Source of the DNA: Eledone cirrhosa | Lineage: Eukaryota | DNA length: 64,000 nucleotides | Assembly (NCBI GenBank): GCA_964016885.1 | Contig: OZ024741.1 | Location: forward strand, 388,616,001 to 388,680,000 | Reading direction: 5' to 3' | Shown here: positions 50,953 through 62,254 of the stretch, piece by piece | Position numbering within the stretch: the first letter of the stretch is position 1 | Layout: each line of letters begins with the position of its first letter | The notes under the pieces: generated by a model | Seen by the model: the letters and a program-made list of their open reading frames with translations, nothing else | What the model was told of the DNA's origin: nothing | Database searches by the model: none | Translations under genes and position numbers: made by a program

Positions 50953-53900
50953 GGTTTCTTTATTGGCCACAAGGGCTGACACGAAGAAAAACATTAGAGA
51001 CAGCACAGAACAGTACAGAACAGTACAGGACGATACAAAGTGGGTTTTGGTCGTGTAAACAGGTTATAACAAAATCGGCTAGAAATCCCCAAAAATTCCC
51101 CAACAAGGAGGAAACCTCCGAGGATCACTCGTGGTGAAAACAACACAAAAGACCACGGCCACCCTGACCACCAGGGCAAGCGCTCTCTCTCAATTTTCCC
51201 ACGCCTCAGTCAACAGGTGTATACTCAGAGTGGGCCCATTCACTCGGACCAGACTGGCCACTTTCACCCACCTTTCAACAAACTTACTAGAAGACAGCAC
51301 TTGCCTCCCTACCCTGATTTTCCTCTTCAAGTGAAACTTGAAAAAGTTAATCAGGGATTGGCCGGAGAGGAAAGTGTCCGTCTTCAACCCTTTCAACCTT
51401 GTCCACCTCACAATCTCTTTCGCCATGGCCACCAGGCAGATGAAAACAGCCTGCCCTTCCTCCTCTTTAAAAGGGGATGGTGGGGCTATCGGCACAATGG
51501 ACTCAGTCGATAACCGAATCCGTCCTACACGCAACAGTAGCTGTTCGACATAGCTCCAGAAGTCAGCAATCCTCGGGCACTGAAAGAATGCCTGCAGGAC
51601 GGTTTCGTCGCCCTGCGCGCATCTCGGACAGGCTTGGCTGACAGCACCTCCGTGCCTTTAGAGCTTATCCTGAACCAGCAACGCTCCCCGGTAGCACTGC
51701 CAGGTCAGGGATTTCTGGAAGTTGTCCATAGGCCCCGGTCTGAAAATTCTCTTGAAGAGAGCGAACAACTGATCATCTTTGACGCCCAGGGTCTCCCCGA
51801 GAACGCTCTTTCCCTCCACTAGCCCTCTATAGAACGCCGATGTGGATGTTCCACCGATACTAGTGCCCAGCCGGAAGAGGGCGGTGAGCGCTTGGAGACA
51901 TTCCAGCTTCCGAGTGCTCTCCCTCGGCTTTTTCCTGATCCAGGACTGCAGCTCCATCAAGGAGACGAGCTGGGGAAAAACGTGTCTGGCAAACGGCGAC
52001 CACACCTGTTCACCATCAAGGAAGCACCAGAGATGTTGCAGCCACAGCGCATGTTTGCGCATCATCAGCCACGACATGCCTAGTCCTCCACACAACGGGT
52101 GTTGACAGTAAATGGATCGTCTGACCATGGGAGCACGTCCCTTCCACAAAAAGCGGAAGAGGAGGCGCTCCATTTTGGTCAGAGTTGGGTGGGGGCAAGG
52201 TACGATGGTCAGGAGGTAGCAGATGACAGATGCTATGTACGCATTCGCCACCTCCGCCTGACCTTTCAGAGACAGCCTCCTCTCAGCCCATTTCTGGGTG
52301 AGAGAGGCCACCCTGCTCATCACCTCGCTCCAGTTTTTCTCCATCTGGAGGTCCGGACCGAACCAGATCCCGAGCAATTTAATTGGCCCTTCTGTCCAGC
52401 GCCTCTCGACGCTGTCGGACGGCAAGGACTTGCCTCTCCAGGTGCCGAGTTGCAAGCCCACCGACTTTTCCTTGTTTATCTTTGCTCCTGTCACCGCTTC
52501 GTATTTCTTGAGGGCGGTGCCGAGCATCAGGATGTGTTTGTTACTCGACACCACCCCGATGACGTTGTCGGCGTAAGCTGACACGGATCTCCCGCATCCC
52601 AGTTTGCGTGGGACCCCCCTCATCATCTCCAATTTGTGTAGTAAAGGCTTGAGGGCCAGTACGTACAAGAGGGACGAGAGGCGGCAACCCTGGCGGACCG
52701 AGCGCATGATGCTGAAAGGCTGCGACAGGTGACCATTCACCCTCACAATCAAGCAGATGTTGCTGTGCATCGCAGCGACCCAGCCCCTAAAAGCGGGCCC
52801 GAAGCCGGCCGCCTCGAGGACCGCAGCCAGGTACCAATGGTCGACCCTATCAAATGCTTTAGATTGATCCAAGTTGATCAGGGCCCACCCGTGCCAGGTT
52901 CCTTAACCATCCTCTCTATTATGTATCCCATGAGATGTAGGTTGTCGTGGGTGGATCTGTCCGGAATGCCGCATGTTTGCACCTCTCCCACCAGATCACC
53001 GACGACAAGCGTCAATCTCTTTGCTAACACCTTGGCCAAAATCTTAAACTCTGCGTTTAGTAGAGTTATAGGCCTGAAGGTGTCTATAACGTCCCCCTTG
53101 TTCCAGTCTTTTCTCAGCAGCGCCACCGCTCCCCGGCTCACAAAACTGGGAATGCTCCTGTTCTGCTGCCAGATGCTGTAGACATCTGCCAAGAGGTCGC
53201 CGAACAAGTCTGGCATATACGCATAAAGCTCGTAGGGCAGACCATCCAAACCTGGCGATTTACCCTTCGTGCAGTCAGACATCGCGCCCCGTATTTCACC
53301 TGCTGTTATCGGCTTTTGGCAGCACTGCGCTGCGGTCATCGAGAGTTGCGGCAGTCCGTCGAGGTATGCACCGAAGTCCATACTCCGATCAGGCCCGCCG
53401 CCGCTCCCGAACAATTGAGCAAAGTGCTGTTGAAAAGCCGCACACATCTGCTCGGGTTCGAGCAACATGCGCCCATTTTGATCAGGCAAAGACCGAATTG
53501 TGGACTTGTTTCCACATCGCGCCTCCACCACCCAGGCCCATTGAATGGCTTTCGTCCCCTCGTGTCTTAGAGCACGCGTTCTAGCTCTGACAATGCAGCC
53601 TTCATGCTTTGCGTTGAAGAATTGGTAGAGTACCAATCTCGCCGCAAGCATGTCGGTTGCGATGCCTGTCCTAAACGCCTCTTCTAGCTTTCTAACTAAT
53701 TCTCCCTCTACTCTATTTTCCTCTATCACTACTCCTTTGCTAAACCTTATCGATTCTACTCTAATAGCCCTTTTCGGGGTAAACCACCACCTGTTGTTGA
53801 CGATCGCACCCATCAACGCATGCTTAAATAATTTGCTAATATGGTCTCTGTAAGCTTTGCGGTCGCCAGGAAAGACGCGTTCAGCTTCCAGTAGCCGGGC

Positions 53901-56347
53901 TCTTGCCAATGAAGTCTATCTAAGTCAACTTCACAGATCACAAATTTGTGGTCCATGTTGTCGACTACTCTAAATTGTGGACAACCTACACTATCCTTAT
54001 CTGTTTCCCTACAGAATACCCTATCTAAATACGATCTGGATGACCCGATGCGGTTTGCCCATGTTCACATGTCAACATTGGCACATTCGGATAATCCAGT
54101 CTATACCTGTCAGACAGTTCAAAACATTTGAGCAGGTTGTTGAGGCTTTTACACCCTCCTGCCCTGTCTACTAGCCCCACATAATCCCAGCGTGCATCTA
54201 AGATACCGTTCCAGTCGCCCACTAACACTAAAGAGCGGGACGTTCCAAGAAAGGTCTCTAGACGTCTGAAGAAATCTAGCCGTCCTGCCCCTGTTGGGGC
54301 GTAGACGGTTACTAGCCTGAAAGCATTGCCTTCGCTACCTGTCACGTCCAGCACCACCGACTTACCTTGATCGCGTGGTGAAGGGACAGTAGAAACATCC
54401 CTTTGGCTGGTCATGGGTGTTTCCAAGAGGATGTCGGTGTATATCCTCTTGGTAATCGACCCTCTGAAGTCTCCAACGGCGTTGGGGAATTTTTGCTTTA
54501 AAAGTTTGTAATGTTCTATTGAGATTTCAATGATGCTTATGTTTGTCGGGAGAGTTCTTGGTGTTGGTGGGGTGTAGTAGTTTTTCTGTGTTTGCGATGT
54601 TGGTGTTTTTGGTGATGCTGGTGGTGGTGTGGTTGTTGTTGGTGGTCATGCTTGTGGTGGTGATAGTGATGGTGGTGATGTTGCTGCAAGTCTCCTTGCA
54701 GCCTTTACCCCTCTTTGTCTGCCTTCGCTTTTGGAGGATGAAGCTAAGGGTTATTTTGGTTTTTGGTTTTTTGTGGCAGACCGTTTGCCACTTCCCTCCC
54801 GCCTCACACTCCATGTCGGACCCCGCGGCGTCCGGGACGGACATGAGCTCCACTGCTGTTGGTGGTGGTAGTGGAGCCCGCTCCGGCGATTTTACCGCCG
54901 GCGTAGCTACTGCGACTGTTGGTGTTGCCGCCACTGCTGCCGCTGCTTTAGTTGTCCGTGGCCATGATATGGGTGCCACGGACGTTGCCATCCTACTCAC
55001 CATGGAAGGGTCTTCTGCCTCTGTTGCCTGCCCTGCTCTTGGTAGCAGCGGATCAGGTATCGGAAGGAGGGGGACTCTCTTCTTGGATGTCGTCTGCGGA
55101 CAGAAGGCCCTAAGGTGACTCTTCTGCCCACATAGATAGCACTTTGGGCGCCTTCCTTCGACGCTTATAGGGAGATGGAGCCCTTCTTCGAGGTCTATGA
55201 GGTCTGGGATGGCCTTGATGCACTCCTGGTCAATCTGTATTAGCATTTGCATGCCTATTCCTGACTAGTTCTCTCTTCCCGTTCTCTGTATTTGTAGTAT
55301 GGTGGTCTTCTCCTCAATTCCAGCCAGTGCAGACGCGGCCAGCCAAGGTATGGGCACATCGGGCTGGACCTGGGTCACTTTGACCCTCACAATTTTCTGC
55401 CCACAGTAGGAGGGTACCAAGACTATCTCCTCACTCTTTAGGGTTTCCAAAGAGTGAGACTTCGCCTCTTGGTGGGGTGGCGAAAAGTACGTCTACTGTG
55501 CCGTACTTTTTGCCTCGGGTGATGTGGGTTTTGCACACCAAAACGCAACCCAAGGTCTTTAAGATTTGATCCTCCATGGCTCTCTCCACCCGATGCAACA
55601 TTTTGCTTACAGTGCGGTAAGTCACCGTGCGCAGATGCTAGTCTTTGAAGAAATCGGATGGAGGTTTCAGGGAAACTCTGTTGTCGTTTCTCGACACCAT
55701 GGCTCTTGCAACTGCCATCTCCTCCTCTGTGACTAGCACTGTTTCTATATTTCGGGCCACACCTGCGAAAGAAGTAGCCCCTTTTTCAGCGGCACCATTA
55801 TTGCTGCCGCTACTGGTTTTGTTGTTGGTGTTGTTGCTGTTATCACTGTTGTAGTTGGTTGTGTTTTTGGTGCCACAGTTGTTGTTGTTTTTGGTGCAAT
55901 TTGTATTGTTGCTGGTGGTGTTGTCGTTGTTTATTTTCTTGTTAGTGGTGTTAATATTGTTGTTGCATTTGTTGTCATTTTTTTCTGTTGTCTGTATTTT
56001 CGTTGTCGCTGTTATTGTTGTAGTTGGTGTGGTAATTTTTTCGAAATTAGTGTTCTCAGTGTTGTCTTTGTTCACGTTGTGTTTGGTGGTGTTTGTTGAA
56101 ACAATGTTTGTAACCCTCCTCTCAACTTTTACGCCATTGTCAGACGACAGCAGACATAATTCTTTTTTTTAAAGTAAAATGTTCAAATATTTGGGCCAAA
56201 AGGCCTAAATATTTTACTTTCCCCTTCACAGGGCAAAGTCTAAGGGCTTATATCCCTTACACAACAAGAAATATTTAACAACAAATAATTTTAACAGGCA
56301 AATAAAGCGACCTACTAGGAGCGGGCAAAAAGCGTCCAAACAGACCG
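50953..56347 (-). mobile_element. Tx1/L1-group element, copy B (distinct, more decayed subfamily)
   Basis: ORF1 remnants (VEGRRPKCYLCGQKSHLRAFC) at ~54380-56157; ORF2 remnants 51190-54366 with stops, YADN, and the EN N-terminus deleted; different 5'UTR; 3' end cccttgtggccAATAAAgaaacc(ATT)n. Confidence 0.92.

Positions 56348-56397
<50 letters not shown>
56348..56397 (+). repeat. (TAA)n junction tract 5
   Basis: Between the 5' end of B and the 3' end of C. Confidence 0.95.
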
Positions 56398-56399
<2 letters not shown>

Positions 56400-56646
56400 T
56401 TTCTTTATTAACCACAAGGGTTTACATAAAGTAGACATTAAGGACAGTGCAGGACAATGCAGGACGGTACAAATGGGCATTTCTGCGTGTAAAAAACAAA
56501 AACAGAGGATGTAACAAAAAATAACAATGAAAAATTTCCCAATAGGGGGGAGACTTCGGAGGGACATTTGTGGAGAAAGCCCAGTAAAAAGCCACAATGA
56601 CCCTGACCACCAAGGCAAGTGCCCTTCCCAGTTTTCCACCTTTAAT

Positions 56647-59600
56647 TTACAGATATATACTCAGAGTAGGCCCATTCACTCGGGCCATTCTTTCTTCTCT
56701 CACCCATCTTTCAACAAAATGCTGGGAAGAGAGTACTTCCCTCTCTACTCTGATTTTCCTTTTCAAATGAAATTTGAAAAAGTCAATCAGAGCATCACCG
56801 AAGAGGTAAGTGCTCGTCTTCAGCCCTTTCAAACGTGTCCACCATACTATCTCTTTCGCCATGGCCACCAGACAGATAAAAACTGCCTGCCCTTCCCGGC
56901 TAAAGGAGGAGGGAGGGGCAATCCTCACGATGGACTCAGATGATAGCCGGATCCGTCCTAAACGCGACAGCAGGTGTTCGACATAAACCCACAAGTCAGC
57001 AATTTTCGGACACTGGACGAGTGCGTGCAGGACGGTTTCGTCGCCCTGCGCGCATCTCGGACATGCCCGGCTGACGGCACCTCCATGCCTGTAGAGTTTA
57101 TCCCGAACTGGCAAGGCTCCTCGGTAGCACTGCCAGGCCAGAGATTTCTGGAAGTTGTCCATAGGCCCCGGCCCGAAAGTCCTTCCGAAGAGATTGGCTA
57201 GTTGATTTTCGTCGACGCCTAGAGTTTCCCCAAGTACGTCGTCGCTCTTCCCCTCCACTAATCCTCTATAGAACGTCGAAGTGGAGTTTCCACCGATCAC
57301 ATTGCCCGATTGGTCGAGGGCTGTGAGCGCCTTAAGACATTCCAGTCTGCAGGCGCTCCCTCTCGGTCTTCGCTTGACCCAGGACTGCAGCTCCGTCAAG
57401 GAAACGAGCTGGGGAAATACGCGTCTAGCAAACGGCGACCACACCTGATCACCGTCGAGGAAGAGGTGGAGATGTCGTAGCCTGAGCGCGTGCCTGCGCA
57501 TCATCAGCCACGGCATGCCCAGCCCTCCACGTAGCGGGTGTTGACAACAGATGGACCGCCTGACCATCGGAGCGCGTCCCTTCCACAAAAAGCGAAAGAG
57601 CAAACGCTCCAGCGCAGTCAGGCGGGGCTTAGGACAAGGTACGACGGTCAGGCGGTAGTAGATGACGGACGCGATGTACGCGTTAGCCACCTCCGCTCGA
57701 CCTTTCAGGGATAGCTTCCTCTCGGCCCATTTCTGGGTGAGAGAAGCCACCCTGCTCGTCACCTCGTCCCAGTTTTTGTCCGTCTGGAGGTCTGGACCGA
57801 ACCAGACCCCTAGCAATTTAACCGGTCCGTCCTTCCAGCGCCCGACGACGCTGTTGGACGGCATGGACCTGCCTCTCCAGGTGCCGAGCTGCAGGCCCAC
57901 TGACTTTTCCTGGTTGATCATTGCTCCTGTCACCGCTTCGTATTCTCTTAGTGTAGTGCCGATCGCCTCGATGTGTTTGGCGTTCGACACCACTACGGTG
58001 ACATCGTCGGCATATGCTGACACGGATCTTCCGCATCCTAGTTCGCGCGGGACCCCCCTCAACGTCTCCAGTTTGTGCAGTAATGACTCGAGAGTCAATA
58101 CGTACAATAGGGACGAGAGGGGACATCCTTGGCGGACCGAGCGCATGATGTTGAACGGTTCCGAAAGGTGACCGTTCACTCTCACTACAGAGCAGATGTC
58201 GCTGTGCATGGCAGCGATCCAGCCTCTGAAGACGGGCCCAAAGCCAGCCGCCCTCAGGACTGCCGCTAGGTAACGATGGTCGACCCTATCGAAGGCTTTC
58301 GACTGATCTAAATTGATCAAAGACCCACCCGTGCCAGGTTCCCTAGCTACCCTCTCTACGATGTATCGAATGAGGTGGAGGTTGTCGTGGATGGATCTGT
58401 CGGGAATGGCGCATGTCTGTGCCTCTCCCACCAGACCACCAACGACAAGCGCCAACCTCTTTGCTAGCACCTTGGCCAAAATCTTGAACTCTGTGTTTAG
58501 CAGAGTTATGGGCCTAAAATTATCTATGTTATCTCCCTTGTTCGGATCCTTTCTCAGCAGCGCCACCGCTCCTCGGCTCACAGAGCTCGGAATTCTCCCG
58601 TTCTGTTGCCAGTTGCAGTAGACGTCCGCCAAGAGGCCTCCGAACAAGTCTGGCATTTGTACGTAAAGTTCAGAGGGCAGACCATCCAAACCAGGCGATT
58701 TACCCCTTGTGCAACTAGTCATTGCATCCCGTACTTCAGCGGTTGTTATCGGCTTTTCGCAACACTCCGCCTCAGTGGCCGAAAGCCGCGGCAGTCCGTC
58801 GAGGTAGACACTAAAGTCCATCCCTCGATCCGGCCCGCCACTGCCCCCGAACATTTGAGCGAAGTGTCGCTGAAAAGCTTCACACATTTGCCCGGGATCG
58901 AGTAGCATGCGCCCGTCGTGGTCCACCAAAGACCGGATCGTGGCTTTGTTGCCACGACGCGCCTCCGCCACTCGGGCCCATTGAACGGCTTTCGTCCCCT
59001 CGTGTCTGAGAGCACGCACCCTAGCTCTGACAACGCAGCCTTCGTGCTTTGCATTGAAGAATTGGTCAAGGGCCAATTTCGCCGCAATTACGTCGGTCGC
59101 GATGCCTTTGCTAAGCGCCTTATCTAATTTTCTAACTAATTCTCCCTCTGCTCTATTTTTCTCTATTGCTAAAGTCTTACTAAACCTAATGGACTCTATT
59201 CTAATTGCTCTTTTCAGAGCAAACCACCACTTGTTGTTGACGATGGCTCCCGTCAACGCCCGCTTAACTAGTTCGCTAATCCGGTCTCTGTAGGCCTTGC
59301 GCGCTGGTAAGGACGCGTTTAGCTTCCAGTAGCCGGGTCCTCGTCTATGAAGCCTATCTAAGTCAAGCACACAGATCACGAATTTGTGGTCCGTGTAGCT
59401 GACTATCTTGAATTGTGGACAGCCTATGCTAGACCTATCTATTTCCCTACAAAATACTCTATCTAGATATGATCTGGATGACCCTATGCGATTTGTCCAA
59501 GTCCACATTGGTACATTCGGGAAATCCATTCGGTACCTGTCAGACAGTTCAAAACGTCTGAGCAGGTTGGTGAGACTCTTGCACCCTCCTTCCCTATCCA

Positions 59601-59898
59601 CTAATCTCACACAATCCCAGCGTGCATCTAAGATCCCGTTCCAGTCGCCCACTAACACTAAAGAGCGGGACGTTCCAAGAAAGGTCTCCAGACGCCGGAA
59701 GAAATCAGGCCGCCCTGCTCCTGTCGGGGCATAGACGGCCACTAACCTGAAAGCTTGCCCGTCTCCGCTGGTCACGTCCAGCACCACCAACTTACCTTCT
59801 GGGTCCAGGAAGATGGCCCGTATGGCAAGATCTAAACCTCTCCGAAAAAGCACAGCAACTCCTCCCCCCGATCCCGGACGGCTGGGAGATGCGTACAC
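56647..59898 (-). CDS. Tx1 ORF2, copy C: uninterrupted 1083-aa frame lacking the first ~50 aa of the endonuclease
   Basis: Open frame with GDWN, TDH, RT YADD and C-terminal CPRC..H..C; natural start and SINARGL/ISET motifs deleted, so probably non-functional. Confidence 0.85.
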   Translation of the reverse strand: MYASPSRPGSGGGVAVLFRRGLDLAIRAIFLDPEGKLVVLDVTSGDGQAFRLVAVYAPTGAGRPDFFRRLETFLGTSRSLVLVGDWNGILDARWDCVRLVDREGGCKSLTNLLRRFELSDRYRMDFPNVPMWTWTNRIGSSRSYLDRVFCREIDRSSIGCPQFKIVSYTDHKFVICVLDLDRLHRRGPGYWKLNASLPARKAYRDRISELVKRALTGAIVNNKWWFALKRAIRIESIRFSKTLAIEKNRAEGELVRKLDKALSKGIATDVIAAKLALDQFFNAKHEGCVVRARVRALRHEGTKAVQWARVAEARRGNKATIRSLVDHDGRMLLDPGQMCEAFQRHFAQMFGGSGGPDRGMDFSVYLDGLPRLSATEAECCEKPITTAEVRDAMTSCTRGKSPGLDGLPSELYVQMPDLFGGLLADVYCNWQQNGRIPSSVSRGAVALLRKDPNKGDNIDNFRPITLLNTEFKILAKVLAKRLALVVGGLVGEAQTCAIPDRSIHDNLHLIRYIVERVAREPGTGGSLINLDQSKAFDRVDHRYLAAVLRAAGFGPVFRGWIAAMHSDICSVVRVNGHLSEPFNIMRSVRQGCPLSSLLYVLTLESLLHKLETLRGVPRELGCGRSVSAYADDVTVVVSNAKHIEAIGTTLREYEAVTGAMINQEKSVGLQLGTWRGRSMPSNSVVGRWKDGPVKLLGVWFGPDLQTDKNWDEVTSRVASLTQKWAERKLSLKGRAEVANAYIASVIYYRLTVVPCPKPRLTALERLLFRFLWKGRAPMVRRSICCQHPLRGGLGMPWLMMRRHALRLRHLHLFLDGDQVWSPFARRVFPQLVSLTELQSWVKRRPRGSACRLECLKALTALDQSGNVIGGNSTSTFYRGLVEGKSDDVLGETLGVDENQLANLFGRTFGPGPMDNFQKSLAWQCYRGALPVRDKLYRHGGAVSRACPRCAQGDETVLHALVQCPKIADLWVYVEHLLSRLGRIRLSSESIVRIAPPSSFSREGQAVFICLVAMAKEIVWWTRLKGLKTSTYLFGDALIDFFKFHLKRKIRVEREVLSSQHFVERWVREERMARVNGPTLSIYL

Positions 59899-59919
59899 AT
59901 CGTAGCTGCCGAAGATCGG

Positions 59920-61500
59920 GTTGATGGTGTTGGTGATGTTGGTGTGGATGGTGGCATATCTGTCCTAACTTTTTTGTTTCTTAATTTATTTGTTTCCCTC
60001 TGTATTTTGTTTTTGGAGGGGGAAGGAAGAGAATTTTTTCTTTTTTGGTTTCTTTTTTTTTTTCCGGATATTGTTTCCCACTCCTCGTCGTCACAATCTG
60101 TCTCCAGTTGTGATAGGCCAGGGAGTGGAAAATCCTCCACAGGCGTTAGTTTTGGTTGTAGCGTGGTGGATGCTGTAGGCGCTAGTGCTAGTTCTGAAGT
60201 GTTGGGTGGTGGTGGTGTTGGTTTGCTGGTGGTGGTGGTGGTGTTGGTTTTGCTACTGTTGCTGGAGTTGTTGCTGTTATAGTTGCTTCTGTTGTTGCTG
60301 CTACAGTTGTTGATGCCATCTCTGCTACTGGTGGTGTTGATGGTTGTGTCACTGGGGTGGGTAGGAGAGGTGGCCTCAACCTTTTAGCCTGAGGGCAGAA
60401 AGCCCTTAGGTGGGTTCCTTCACCACAAACGACACACCTAGGTCTTCTGCCCTCCACAATTACCGTGAGGTGGCTGCCGTCAGTGAGGTCTATTACCTCT
60501 GGGATCTCCTCAATGCTTTTTTGGTCCGCTTGGATCAGGAGCTCCATCCCAGATCCGGACCAGTTCTCCTGCTTTTCTTTTGCTATTGCTATTATTTTTG
60601 TGTTGGGTTCGATGCCGGCGAGGACGGCCGCTATTAGCCAGGGAATTTCGATGGCCGGTGGAACGTGGGTCACCCTGATCTTTACGAGTCTCTGGCCACA
60701 ATAGCTTGGGACGAGTGTGAAGTCGTCACTTCTTAATGGGGTCATGGAATGTTCTCTAGCCTCCTCTGGTGTTTCAAAGAACACGTCCACGGTTCCATAC
60801 TTTTGACCACGTCTGATGTGGGTATTTCTTGCCCACACATGTCCCAAAGCTTTTTGGATTTGGGACTCGGATGCCCGTTCCACTCGGCGCGATTTTACAT
60901 TTATTGTTCGATACGACACGGTGCATAGGCGCCGATGCTCCATTTTATTAGGTGTGGGGGGGGGGGGCTGACCCTTTACCCATCTTTCTTTACCATTTGT
61001 TTGGCATTTTCTAAATCCTCCTGAGTTACCGTAAATGCTTCGAACTGTTTTGCTACTCTGGCGAAACTGAGGGTGGTTTTTATAATGTCATTGTTGTTGT
61101 TGTTGCTATCGTTATTTTTGTTAATATTAATTTTAGTTTCAGTTGTGGTGGTGGTGACGTCAGTCGTCTTTGGTGGGGAAGAGTCCATTTTGCTTGATTT
61201 CATTTCGACATCACGAGTTAATTTATTTTTTTCTTCTTTTGTTTCTGTTGTCGCGGTGGTGGTGGGGGTGGTGGTTGTCACGGTGGTGGTGGTGGTGGTG
61301 GTGGTGGAGGTTTTAACACCTGCAGTCATTGGTAATGGCGGGAAATGAATGTCTGCCTGAGACAAATTTAAAATATTGCTACTGCTTATATTTTTTGTCG
61401 TGTTGGCAAACATAGTAACATTTACAATGGTGGTGTCGGTGTGAGGTGTTAATTTGTGAGGAAGGCTTTCAGCTGCTTGGTGCAGAGGTGAATTAGCCAT
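59920..61500 (-). pseudogene. Tx1 ORF1, copy C
   Basis: ORFs 60976-61500, 60188-60943 and 59832-60140 closely match copy A ORF1; CVVCGEGTHLRAFC. Confidence 0.88.
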
Positions 61501-61709
61501 TTTTTTTCAAAGAAATCTTTTGATAATAATAAAGGTTTAAATTTTGGGCACAAGGTCACACTCTTTTTGGGTGTCCTTTTCGGAAAACAATGTATGTGCG
61601 CTTATATATGGTTAACAATAAAAATTTTCCATAAATGACAATTTTTAACAAACGGAAATAACAAACCTTTGCGGAGCTCATGATGATACGATTTACTACG
61701 TAGGTCGCC

Positions 61710-61765
<56 letters not shown>

Positions 61766-61771
61766 TAATAA
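61710..61771 (+). repeat. (TAA)n junction tract 6
   Basis: Between the 5' end of C and the Dong-like 1 fragment; one GAT variant. Confidence 0.95.
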
Positions 61772-62254
61772 TGTCTGCCAACAAAAAATTACCAAGCCAA
61801 CATAATAAAAAATGGATGCAGCCCATTATGCCGTGTATGCAAAAAACAACCAGAGACCATTGACCATATAATTTCAATGTGCAGTCCTATAGCTCCAACC
61901 GAATACCTAAACAGGCATGACAGAGCTGCACAATACATACATTGGATAATGTGTAAGCATTTTGACCTGCCCCATCAAAAGAATTGGTGGGAGCATCAAC
62001 CACCTCCCATACTTGAAAAAGATCACATCTCAATCTTGTGGAACTTTAGCATCCAAACAGACCGAAAAATAGATGCAAATAGACCTGATATAATATTGAA
62101 GGACTTTAAAAAGAGGGTATGCCTGCTAATTGATATGTCTGTTCCAATAGACAAGAATGTATCTATAAAAACATTTGAAAAATTGAGCAAGTATAAGGAC
62201 CTGGAGATAGAAATTGGAAAAATGTGGAAATTGAGAACTAAAACAATACCAGTG
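61772..62254 (+). mobile_element. Dong-like 1 fragment (CCHC-RLE region), truncated at both ends
   Basis: Nearly identical to 49451-49935; open frame CLPTKNYQ...CRVCKKQPETIDHIISMC...KTIPV. Confidence 0.92.

Larger units (their letters stand above)
56398..61709 (-). mobile_element. Tx1/L1-group element, copy C (same family as A), ~600 bp internal deletion
   Basis: Same termini as A; the junction at ~59920 lacks the equivalent of A 43857-44461. Confidence 0.95.
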
